A stretch of 64,000 nucleotides of DNA from Massalongia carnosa. Lineage: Eukaryota. How positions within the stretch are numbered: the first letter of the stretch is position 1; each line of letters begins with the position of its first letter. The translations under genes were made by a program, and so were the position numbers. This document shows positions 13,001-24,645 of this stretch, piece after piece. Location: NCBI GenBank assembly GCA_965645245.1, contig OZ287077.1, positions 1,798,001 to 1,862,000 on the forward strand, read 5' to 3'. A model generated the notes under the pieces. That model was not told the DNA's origin. It did no database searches and saw only the letters and a list, made by a program, of their open reading frames with translations.

Positions 13001-16000
13001 CCGGCAGGCATGGTTCGTAGTTCGCCATTAAGTGTATATATATCTCATGCATAAGCCAACTATGTACAAAATCCCAGTGAGAAGATTCCGACGGTTTTGG
13101 CCTCGTGCCGGACCGTAACTTGTGTAACCTGAGAGCACGGGCCTAACCGTTGATTTTAAAGTTTTCGTTATCGATTGGAGGCCGTGGCTGGTACGAGCTA
13201 AAAGACTTGGTGATATGGATCCTCGGTTTGCAGTCTTTTGAGCGGGAGGTTGATCGACGATAGGAGGATCGCCAAAATGGTTATGATATCGAAGAAAACT
13301 ATCGATCAGCTACAGTACCTGATGCTAAGAGTAGTTCTGCACTCTCCCATTTTGCGGTGCATTTGATGATTCCATCAAAAGTTCAAGGCCAACTCAGCAG
13401 GTAGCTATAGCTGCGTTTGCAGATGAGGCCTTGGACCCCATGACCGGACCACGAGCTTTCCAAAACAGAAATGTGGAGATTGAATGACTTCATTAAACCT
13501 GGGGCAGCGTGGCAGATCATCGCGTGGCATATGTGTCTCCACCCTTGTGCTTGTCCAGTGTGATGCGATTATTGGCTGGCTGAGAGTGAGGACCAGAAAG
13601 TAACAATATCACTATTTGCCATGGTGTTTTCCTCAATACGGTCTTAAACAGCGACCAACACGTAGTCTCCATTCCCAGGCCCCTCGCCACTTCAGCCGGG
13701 AGACTTCTTGTTGTACCCATAGATAACTAGGAACAGCGCCCCGCCCAGATTTATATGGGCTAAGAAGAGAGACTGCCCTTCAGGTGAACGGGCTGAAGGC
13801 TTGTGCTTTTGCATCGATTTCGACCTTGCCGCTGCAGCGGTTCGGGTTCGTTAATGCGATGCCTCTTTTAGCTTTTCGTCCATTGGCTTTATCCTTGCCC
13901 AGCCGAGCCCTGGAGTGAAATGCTGGGAGAGGCCGAGAGACCTGACTACCTGACCTAACGTTAGCGGTGACCTTGTCGGTCATCAATCATGATCCGTCTC
14001 CCGTACCAGTACCGCATTACGCCATTGCGCCTCTACCAGACCTAAATTAGACCTGGGTTGTCTGGCCAGGAAGGATGCATCCATGTCAGGTCAGGTCAGG
14101 TTAGGTAAAGGAAAGTGGAGCAAGGCAACACCCTCGCTCATCAAACTGCTCTAGGTTGGAATAAATCATCCAGACTGCAGAGCACACTCTCTACAGCCGA
14201 TTTGGATTCATAACATAAAGCGCAACTATGCAAACTCGATCCTGTGAAAGCGACATGATGATGGACATGCTCAATCGAGAGGCTGAGAACAGGATGAGGC
14301 AATGCATGTGCACTCTGAGTATGACATGGATACGTAATACGCGTACCGAAGACTTCGTAAAGTACGAGGGAACTATACCCTAAGTGGCTAATTTGCCACA
14401 TGAATTGGTGTTAATAAAACGGAGTGCGTATCTGCATTACCTGTACCGAGTACAGAGGTAATCTTTGTACCAAGTTATATCCTTTGGGTCCTCCCAGAGG
14501 CTCGACACTTTCGCATTGATTTCAACGATTCGATGGATCAATGTTAAATATTCTGCGATGGTCTCATGCTCGGAGCATGGTTGACACATATTTACTCCCG
14601 GGCTTATGCTGTGTTGCATCGGTGCCGAGGGCATGTGCCCTGCGTCGTAATGCTATACTTGAACCTAGCAAAGAGAGACAGACGGTGAGGCAAATGGAAG
14701 GCAAACATCCCTCTCCACGCGCGCCCCCACCGAAACCCCATTATCAACCGCTAGAATCCCTCTCAAATCAGATCTCAGGTGGAGTCCGCCTCCACCGAGA
14801 CCTGGGAAGCTCGGTGAGTTGTTGAAAACTAAAAGCATGAGCGAACCACACAGCCAACAACACTTTATCGGGTTATGATTTGCTTGGTGGGCATTGCCTC
14901 ATCCGACTGGAGTTGGCTCTACCGAGTACAGGCGGCACAGCATCGTACCCAGTAGTTAGGGAGGGATATAGAGTACTTGACTCTAGCACGCAAGCCTGGC
15001 GTATTGAAAGGTACTCCTACATTCGCATTACGGGGCATTGCGGCGACGGGCGGAACGGGATGGGTTTAGTGTTCTACGTGCTGGTGTCGTGGTGGGCAAC
15101 TTGAGATCACCAGATGATGATGTGCCAATACCGAGTACTGTCTTCCATCCACCTTCTTCCTCGAGATAGTGTGTGGGATCCAGAAGCCTTGTCCCCTTGT
15201 CAGCTTAGTCTAGGCTATCAATAGGCCATCATCTATCTCCAGCCCAGTAGAAAGCGAAAAGGGGACCGCTGAGAATTCTGAGAATTGTTATACACGGTTC
15301 AACGATTGGAGGGAAAGCATTTTGGGGGATTTATTTCCGTAGTTATGGGGGTAGGAATAAAATACATAAGCAGCAAGATTTAATTCGCATTGCATTTTAG
15401 CGTTCTGATTAACATTCTCCTTCAACAACAAATCCAGAGTAGCTATAGTGTCCTAAATCCTGAGTACCTCTCGGAGATTGTGCATTAATAGTACTATCAT
15501 TTCCAGAGCAACTCCAGGGAACTGAATGCTTCACTCATCTTTACTACGACGTAGAGTTCTACCGTTTGCATATAGAGACCACCAGCTATATCATTATCAT
15601 TACGGCTGGCCTTATCTCGTCTCGTGTCTCCTCATGTCATCTCTGTCGTCTTGTCGGATCAATCTTGTCTGATCTTGGGGGCCTCGTCTCACGTGGTTAC
15701 CGTACGTACCGTACCGTACCGTACTGTACCGTAACAAACCAACAAGTTCTCAGTCCTCAACTTACGCTACGTAACGCTACCTATGCCGGATGCCACATTA
15801 ACAAAACCCAAGGCCCAACTTTTGCAGATAACAGGGAGCAAGGGACCAAACGACCTAAAATCTAAAATACCCATGAACCCTCCACTTGGGTCAACCCTTC
15901 TCTTCACTTTTCCCTCTTCGGTGAAACGCTGACACCAGTCGCAAAACCCCCCCCCCTCCAAAAAAACCCCAAAAAACCAAAAATCATTTCACCTCTATAT

Positions 16001-16625
16001 CCATTCCCAGAAAGAAAAGAAATCCAACCCCCCCTCCCCAAAAAAACACTCGTTATTGCCCTTGCCCTAAGTACCTTCCTCATCACAGGTATTAGACCTA
16101 TCCGAATCATTCTCGTCATTCTCGTCATTCTCCTCGTCTCCTCGTCTCATCGTCTCATCGTCTCATCAACAGTTACGCCCGCTCCCTCCCCAAGTAAAAG
16201 TTCATGATCTGCTTTTCTTATGCGAATACTCCTCATTTCATCCCCCATACCAAACACAGAACCACCCAGAAAAAGCTCGGAGAAAAAGAGACATTCCTGC
16301 GCCAGAAAGAGGCACGGATAGGAACCAGAACGCTGCGCAACCAATCATCCTTCAGCCTTCTCTGCCCAGCTCCATCACCAACCGCCTCTTTTCTCACTTC
16401 ACACCACTTACTCTGCGACACTATTTCAACCTCTAAGCTGACCCACCCGGCTGGTATCTCCTTTTCCGTCGAACCCGTGGTTTCTCATCCTGCTTTGGGC
16501 TTGTTTGTCCGACCTCACTTTCTTTCGTCCCAGCGCGATCAGATCATGTAGTAGCCACACAAAATCAATAAGCACAATTCCACCACTGGTGTCTTCCCTT
16601 TTGCGTTTGATCCGCCAGCCTGCCA

Positions 16626-17990
16626 ATGTCAGGCGATTCCAATAAAGAAGGACAGCATCCGCCTCCGCAGTGGGAAAGTCAACCACCACGAGGCGCATAT
16701 CCGTTGCCACAGCAGGCCCTGAACTATCGGGTATGGCCGATTGCCGTATCACCTCAACCTGCGTGCTGACTGGTCATACAGGGTCCTCCACATTCGCAGG
16801 CGTACCAAACGCCGTCCGTTACGGCTCCAGGGGAAATGGTGACCTTACCGCCTCCGCAACATCAGCAACATCCTGATCTCTATCGACATCCTGCCTACGA
16901 CATGTATTCCGGGCATCCTCAGGATCCGCATCGTGGGGGTCCGCAACAACAGCACATGAACTATAATCAACCGGCCCCGCGACAGCGCACGGCAATCGCC
17001 TGCCGGTACTGCAGGAGACGCAAAGTAAGTGCTGCCGCGGCCGCTCGAGGAATTGGATTCGTACTCACGACGGGGCAGATTCGCTGTTCGGGCTTTGAAG
17101 CGTCCGATGACGGTCGATGCACCAATTGCCAACGCTTTCAACAAGAATGCATTTTCACCCCAGTCTCTTCTCAAGCACAAGCGTTTGTGCCGGCACATAC
17201 CGCGTATCCGCATTTGAGAAACACCGGGGTGCCACCGCAACGGGGTGGACGACCGATCTATTCCCATCAAGGACCACCAGCCATTTACGGGGCACATGGC
17301 CAGCCGCTGGGTTCGATTCATCAAGGGCAGGACCCCAACTTTCCACCTCACGGTTATCCAATGCCGACTCCCTCCCATCCCTATCCAGGCCCCGGCTACG
17401 ATGATCGAGGCCCCCCACAGCCTCTGTATCCAAAAGAACAAGTGAGTCGCAAGCGTCCCCGCTCCGACGAGTCTTCCCACCCTGCCGTTCCTCCCCCACC
17501 TCAAGAATCGTCCTCACATCCATATCATCAACAGGGACGCCCTTCAGTAGGTCGCCGCGGATCCGGGAATGGTTATGAATATCCCGACCCCACCCCGCTC
17601 GTTCCCATCTCTCCGGCGTCCTCGGCGGCTTCGTTTCAATCGGCGCCATATCCTCCGCCACAGAACCAACCGTACTATTCATCTCAGCCGCCACCGGTCC
17701 GACGGTCATCGCCTCAGTCGACGTATTCGTACGAGGCGCGCACCTCAGGTTCGCCTCATGGAAGTACCTCGTCGGCTTCCACCTACACCTATCCAGGCTT
17801 ACATCCGCCGCAAGTGCTGCCTCCACGGGATTCTGGACACACGCCACCTCCACGAGAGGGCAGTGGTGGGAATGGCAGTGCGCAACGAAACGCAATGAGC
17901 GTAAGAGATTTGCTGGGTCCCGAAGGCCAGGGTGGACGAACGAGCGCGGACAGTGATATGTTAAAGGCCTTGAACAAGCGTGGAATGTAG
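16626..17990 (+). CDS. Zn(II)2Cys6 transcription factor with Pro/Gln-rich regions (EBR1/McrA-like type, tentative); introns 16731-16781 and 17025-17078
   Basis: Spliced cluster RQRTAIACRYCRRRK|IRCSGFEASDDGRCTNCQRFQQECIF. Upstream exon from ATG 16626 (35 codons) joins in frame via GTATGG...CTGAC...CAG. C-terminal SADSDMLKALNKRGM. Confidence 0.9.
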
Positions 17991-20549
17991 GAACTTGGAT
18001 AGTCGCCCTGGAGCTTGGCCAACACCAAATTCCAATCATTTCGTGTCCCAGGATTACAACAAGGACTCGAATATTTTCCATGCGTTCACCACTACTCGTA
18101 CGATTTAATATTTGATTTGGGCAGAGTCTTCATCAGCAGGCATGGCGAATAAAATCGTTGCTTTCCACTTGTCCAGAGCGTTTCATCGAGCGATTGTTCC
18201 TCTAATTGGGCACGTTTTTGTCGCATCTGACCAAGAGCTCGAGGGAGTTTTTTATCTGATCCGTCCCCTGTATTGTACCATATATTCGGCATTCATGCGC
18301 TTCAGGGGACCAGGAAGGACTGGAGGAGGGGAAACGTATGGGAAAGGCTGTCTGAATTGTTTTTTAATTCTTGCCTCCGTCAATCCCTGGACCGGTTTGG
18401 GGAGAAACCTAGCACAATCGAACGGGGCGTGTTTCTCCTCGCGCCCACTTTCTCTATCCACACGGTTTGCACCGAATTCCAGATGCGGCCGTCAAGGTTG
18501 AGAAAACTATCTCTTTGTTCGTTTTTGTTCGTTTTATTTGTTTTGTGCTTTTGTCTCTGGCATGTCATCAGTCAATCGTTATTGATATCTTTGGCCGGTT
18601 GCCCTCCGGTTGAAAACAGTACGGAGGGCAGAGCGTTTGGGGAAAGGTCTTGGGTGGGGGGAGGGAGCATTTTTTGTGCATTTCTGGCCGGGGATGGAGA
18701 GGATGGAGCCAGAAGGAGGGATGGCAGGAGGATAGTTTTGATTTTGGTTTTGCTTGGTTTCCTTTGTTCTCTTGCTCCTCTAGAAAAGGTGCACGCAGAT
18801 ACCCGGTTGTTGATTCTTCGAAGGAAGTTTTTTTATAAGCAAGAAGAGCCAAGCTATTGATTCAAGGCTGGCGGGCAAAAACGGAGCTTTTTCTTTTTTT
18901 CAATTGAAAAAAACAATCTTAACGATTCCAAGGAATAATAAAGAAGGGGACGAAACATTTCTTTACGTATTTTTTTTGGAAGGGGGGAGGGTGGGGTTTA
19001 TACTCACGCTCCCCGCCAAAAATTTCTGAAAAAGTCCCCCCTTTTTCTTACGTCCTTTCCCCCCTCCTTCCCTCCTGTTACCAATTATTCGTTAGTTGCA
19101 TAATCGATCCCTCACCAGAACTTCCCCCCCCCCCCCCCCCAAGACTCTATATACATTAATCCTTTCGTTCTTTTTGCAATCACAGTTCCAATATGATGAA
19201 ATGAAATGAAACGACTCTGATTACTGGCTAGCCTAAGTTTATTTTCGGCGCTTTAACTGTGCATGAGGGGGGAACGCTGTATCAGTTGTTGGTCCTTTGC
19301 AACTGACTGAGATGGGCGAGCGAGAAGAGAGAGAGGAGTTGCGGCGGGAGTGAGGAACGGGGAAGAATATTATTCATCGGTCCACCTATCTATTTTATCT
19401 TTTCTACCTGTTTCTGATCCGAACTTAGGCTTCTTGTGCTTTGCTACCTATCTATCTATCTATGTAGGTAGGTAGATAAGTACTAGACATTTTATCGATT
19501 TGTTCATCACTTCATTATTATTATCGTCATTTTCGTAATTGGAACTTATCACCCCTTTCTTCTTTCTTCTAGTCTTTCTCTTAGTTGCATATGCATATAT
19601 AAAAAAATATATTATATACACCCCGAACTTAGGATTGAACATCGCCGTTTTTGTTCGGGGAAGGGAGCAGGGCCGCTTTAGAGGGGAGCACCGGGGGAGC
19701 AAGGGGGAGCTGGGAGGGAGCAGCCTGCGTGACCGAGTATGGCGCCGCGGCGGGCGGGGAGCCAGAACTGACTCCTTCAATCTCGGCTCGAGCTACCCAA
19801 CACCCTACTTCCTGCCTGCCGCGTAAGAGTCGAAATAATCTACTCCGCGTTAGGCACAACAATTGGCAAAGGGGTGAGTGCTGTTGTAATAGCCAACGCA
19901 ATAGACGTGGGATCGATGGCTTGGGACTCGAGGATTTGCCACTTTTAGGAGACAAGGACGGAGCATAGCCATTGCAGATGGACCATTAAGGGGATATTTT
20001 GCGATAAGGCTGTAGAGTAGAAGGTAAAGTATATGTACGCATCTTCCCAATCCAATGTATCGTGTCGCCCACCCACTATCCCAAATGTCCACTCTGTTGG
20101 ATCATTTACAGCTGATGACGCATTGTTGCCCGTTTCAGGTGCCGGCCGTGCCAAGATGGATGTTACCTCAATTGCGTGGCCCTGTAGACAGGTTGAGAAG
20201 TTCTCGTAGGAGGCTGCAAGGCACGATTGTTGGCGTGATTCTTCAACGCTATATTCATGACAGTCATTAAATCATTGTCACTCGCAAATCTCCCAGGTAC
20301 CATATCTATCATAGAAAAAGTCATTCATTCAGTCACTGTTTCTGTACTTTCTTCACGGTCAACGTATTCAATAACAACTGTCGTTCATGTAAAGGAGCTT
20401 GTTGTCGCCAATGGTGTCATATTCATCAGGATCGAACAAATGGCTTTGTAGGTGCAAGGTTGTAGTCTCTAATCTGAGCAAAAGAGGATCCCTTTCTTAT
20501 TAGGATCTATTTTAATATCGATAGTCCCTTTTAAGAAGAGTTGCGGACC

Positions 20550-20636
20550 TGTATACACCGCTCATGGCATTAGTAGTTGAATGACTCGATGAGACCCTCG
20601 GAACGACAAACCGACAATAAGTAGTTTAGAGAAAGT
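20550..20636 (+). pseudogene. Degenerate fragment resembling the 3' region of nuclear 18S rRNA
   Basis: TGTATACACCGCTCATGGC...TTGAATGACTCGATGAGACCCTCGGA...TTTAGAGAAAGT versus remembered 18S TGTACACACCGCCCGTCGC...TTGAATGGCTCGGTGAGGCCTTCGGA...TTTAGAGGAAGT. Confidence 0.55.
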
Positions 20637-20669
20637 GAGGGGCCTAATGCGAGAGCGAGGCGATTTCTA

Positions 20670-21532
20670 GATGAACAAAGTCTCTCTGCTCAATGGAAAC
20701 CTTATGCAACGTGGCGCCGACGTGCAGACTCGAAATTTATGATATCCGTCCGGGCGAAATGTCAGGTCTTCCACGATCCTGTGTTACTGGAAACGCTTTG
20801 CCAGGGCTTGCTCCATGCCGTCATTGATCTTAACGTCACAATGTGGTTCCTCCATATTCGCCAAATAAGAACAAGGAATCTCGTTCAATCTGCTTTTCAT
20901 CCATGAATCGCCTCTCAAAGCGCTTCCTGCGGGCTAAGTTGCCTTCACCACTTTTTTTAACAGCTTGTCATTTCTCTCTAGAAGACTTTCTTCGAAATGG
21001 TCGACAGTGGTAGACTGCAGACCACACGGTTCGAGGCTAAGGAGTTATTCCCCTGGAAATACCAGTCCATAGCCTTCCTCGATCTTCGATATGTTGCATT
21101 TGTCCGCTAGCCGCAGTCAAGTGACTCTGATCATGAGTCTAAAATTCGGAGAATGTATACCGGGACAAGGTTGTCGCGCTCGCTCACGCGATCCAATTAG
21201 ATGTAGGTCTATATAAAACCCTCTTTAACTTCGCCCCCATTTTTTCCGTCTTGATCGTAGACTTCGGCATTCAGGTATGTGTTTTGGGGGACAATAGGCT
21301 GAGCATTGGCATCTTCCACTGAAGTTGAGGCATCCTTCATTCTCGGTCCGATTCTATATTTCTTGAAGTCGGGGACACGTTTCAGTTCTCGGTGTATTAA
21401 GCGTTCGCAGTTTTTTCTGTCGAGCGTGATTGTCTTAATGAGGCCCACTTTTGTTTTGGCGATGACTGAAAAACTTTGCATGATTTGACACCCGTGTTTG
21501 GATTTTCTTGCGAATTCTATGTCCAGCCACAT
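20670..21532 (-). pseudogene. Probable decayed protein-coding relic, family unknown
   Basis: Protein-like reading frames (KNCERLIHRELKRVPDF; DHFEESLLERNDKLLKKVVKA) broken by scattered stops and frameshifts. Confidence 0.3.
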
Positions 21533-21825
21533 GACTCCATTTCACCGTCGGCCCAGGGAAGGTCTTTTTACCTTTGTCCTTTTTGGCTTTTTTTGGTTTT
21601 TTGTTTGTAATTATTTTTCAATGCTCAAAAGAGCGATAATACCAAGCGATCTATCACCCCAGACAAGACACCCCAGCTTGGGTACAACCTCCAGCTCTTC
21701 TTGATTTAAGTCGGAAGAACTTGACCCGCTTTCGCCACCTCCGATAACAGCCATCGAAAGTCATGCATCTTGCCATCACTCCCACGATCAATCACCGTCA
21801 CGGCCTTTAACCTTAGTAAATCTGA

Positions 21826-22328
21826 CATGGACGCAACGGCCCCTTCAAAGAAGGATTCCGCTACGTGGATCCGTTCGACGCATCCACCGCCGATCTGAAT
21901 GACGTCTAACCGGACTCGGAAGCCTTGTGGAGCGTCGAACGCGATCTTACCGTCGGATTCAAAGCTAAATCCAAGGGCGCCGTTCTAAACCCCCTCCCAG
22001 ATATCAATTACACAGAGGGGAGGAGCCGCAACATCCACGTCCTCAGTCTACAAGACCGAAGAGTGGGCAATGCTGGCAGCACCGCCAACTAAAAATGAGC
22101 TGACGATGCCGGTCAGACCGGACTAGGCGGGTGGCCGCTCGGAAGCACTCAATGAGTGCCCTTCACAGTGGTGCAGTGATAGTGAGATGGGATTTCGGCA
22201 TGTTTCGGAGGTTCGAGACGAAGCGGTTCGCCCGGAAAAGAGCTGGGGCGGTCTGGGGCGTGTTGGATCGCTTGCTAAAGGAAAAGGTCAATTACTTCCT
22301 CCAAGCAGACGTGGATCAGATGCTGTGA
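21826..22328 (+). pseudogene. Probable decayed protein-coding relic, family uncertain
   Basis: GC-richer, codon-like stretch GRNGPFKEGFRYVDPFD...*...GQTGLGGWPLGST, then shifted frame MSALHSGAVIVRWDFGMF; in-frame stops. Confidence 0.35.
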
Positions 22329-24645
22329 GTACATACGAGATACAGAAGAACGTATACAAATTAGCATTTACTATTAGTACATAATCGGCAAATTGCAAAT
22401 CACGCTTCCGCCATAGTAAATGCTCACCAATAATTAACGTATGATGCTGAAGAAGAGGAAAAGACAAGAAGAAACTAGCAATGTAATGTAAATACAAAGA
22501 TTCTTGCCTGCTTGACTCCTTCCAAAGAGATTCAAATATTCTATTAAGAGCAGAGCAGCAATTAAGTAGAGAAACGGTAAAGTAGAGTAGGAAAGAGCAC
22601 CTAAGAATATCAAACCATTCATCTAAAGTTAAGCAGCACCAAGCATGTATTTTCGTATTCTCTATTCTACTAGCTTTCGGGTTTTCTGTTCATACTTCAA
22701 ATACTTCCCTGGCGATATCATTTTCTCGAGCTGTTAACGGCCTAGATGAGTTTCAACTAGGTTGTGGCATTGTTGAGTATTCATAGATTTGTCAATCGGA
22801 TTTAGGGGACAATTCTAGGCTTGAAAAAAGGGAGATAATGTAAAAGCATCGGTATTGTAAGGCTCAAGCGGCCTTTGGAAGCTCGAGTCCTACAAGCCAT
22901 GGCAGCTGCAAAGGTTTTTTCTCAGTGCCTTGGATTGCTCCATTGATGAAAAGCGTTTGCGCCCCGTACTCGAGAGGGTTCACATCTCCAATACAGTGAG
23001 TGGTGGCATAACACCGTTACTGCCGATGATACTGTTCTCTCTTTGACTTCTCCTCCTTGGATTCTGGCGTGTCAAATTTAGAATGTTCAAACCCCGATAG
23101 TTTCTCTACGTTAGTCGACTTATCATTATCAATATCTGTAAAATATGATGGTTTCTCCGTAAGCTGTTCACGCCAGGTATGACCATTCTGGCGCCCAGCC
23201 CTCATGTATGTATCTCCGCTTTAGGATTTTCGATGACATAAAATAACCGAAAAAAGAAAAAAGAGTATTTCATTTATTCATAATTCCATTCTACCCTTTT
23301 CCAGTGTGATCCTGCAGAAGAGAAAAAACCATCGAGAGAGAAATCGAGAAAAAGGGTAATAACAGCGGTTGACAATAGCAGAAGAAACGCAGAGAAGGGG
23401 AAAAAAGAAAGTGAAAAATGAAAAAGTAGAGGGAAAGAGGAAGAAGATATATGGAAACTTTGGGTCGAGAAAGAAATAAACGGATTCTGATTAACCATTA
23501 AACGAGTAGGAGAATGAGGACGCGAGTTTAAATTGTTTCTGGACCCAGGTATCAGATCGAGAAGATAAATAAGATAAATAAGATAAAAATATAGACGATT
23601 ACTCCCTCCCTTCTGATTCTCACGTGTTTATTTCTCTGTCGGTCTCTGTCTACCTATCTCTTCCTTTCCCGAACCTAGATAAGTATACAGTACATATAAT
23701 ACTTCTCTCTCTCCCGTTCTGCGATCTGGAAAAAGGAAGAAGATGAGATGAAAAAAATGATTGAGACAAGAAAGATAGTAGGGGAGAGAGAGCCCCCTGA
23801 AGGAAAGAAAAGAAAACCGAAAAATATTAAGAAAGACAAAAGAAAAGATGAAAAACTGGAGTATGTACGTAAAGCACAATCGGAGAGAACCCTTTTTTGA
23901 AAAGGAAAAGTTTAGAATACTGAACGTGAATCTCGACATTTCCTTCTTCTTTCTTCCAGGTCTAGCCGAACGGCGCGAGCGAATCGTAAACCGAAAGAAA
24001 GGATTAGAAATAGGAATATATTCTTCCGAAAAAAGGCCTCTTCTCCTCCTCTCCCCAAACCCTTCCTTCCTTTTTCCCAAACCGAATTTCAGACGAGGGT
24101 TCGAAAGGCATTCACCTCCCCTCTATTTCCCCCTGATTAAGTGATAAGGAGTGGGAGAAGGCGGACTGATAGGTAGGTGGGTAGCTAAGGGAGGCTAGAA
24201 CTCCGAAAAAGAGGACAGGCAGGCAGGCAGGCAGGCGAGTGGGTCTTTTTCTCTGCTTCCCATCTTCCCCTATCATCCTTGCATACTTAAGCAATTTGTT
24301 CGGAGACGTAATGAGTCCGTTTTTCACTGCTGCGGTTGTGAGAAGAAGAATGATGGATTCTATTTTATGGGAGGAGGGGAGGGAAAACGATTAATTCTAG
24401 TTGATGAGAGGTGAGAGAAAATGAGGTGGGGATTGGCTTAGCGAATGTAGGTGCTGTGGGGAGAGAAGAGAAGGGAAGGATACAGGAGGAATGACTTTGG
24501 GGGGAAGGATTGGAAGGTATGAAGGTAGATAGGTAGATGGTGGATTATAGATGTAAATGGTTGCGTATATTTATTCTGAGTCTTTATAAATAGGTGATTG
24601 ATATCCAAGATGGGAACTAAATGAGGGCTAAAAGTAGCCACCTTT

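Noticed and set aside
17155..18081. 308-aa antisense ORF over the transcription factor, and similar shadow ORFs over GC-rich genes
   Set aside because: Expected by-product of GC-rich codon usage; no recognisable protein features
22434..22622. AT-rich hydrophobic ORF faintly like a mitochondrial nad5 N-terminus (NUMT)
   Set aside because: Only composition and an FGR tripeptide agree; no extended similarity
23200..24560. Hydrophobic or Lys-rich ORFs in purine/pyrimidine tracts
   Set aside because: Low-complexity artefacts of poly-purine sequence
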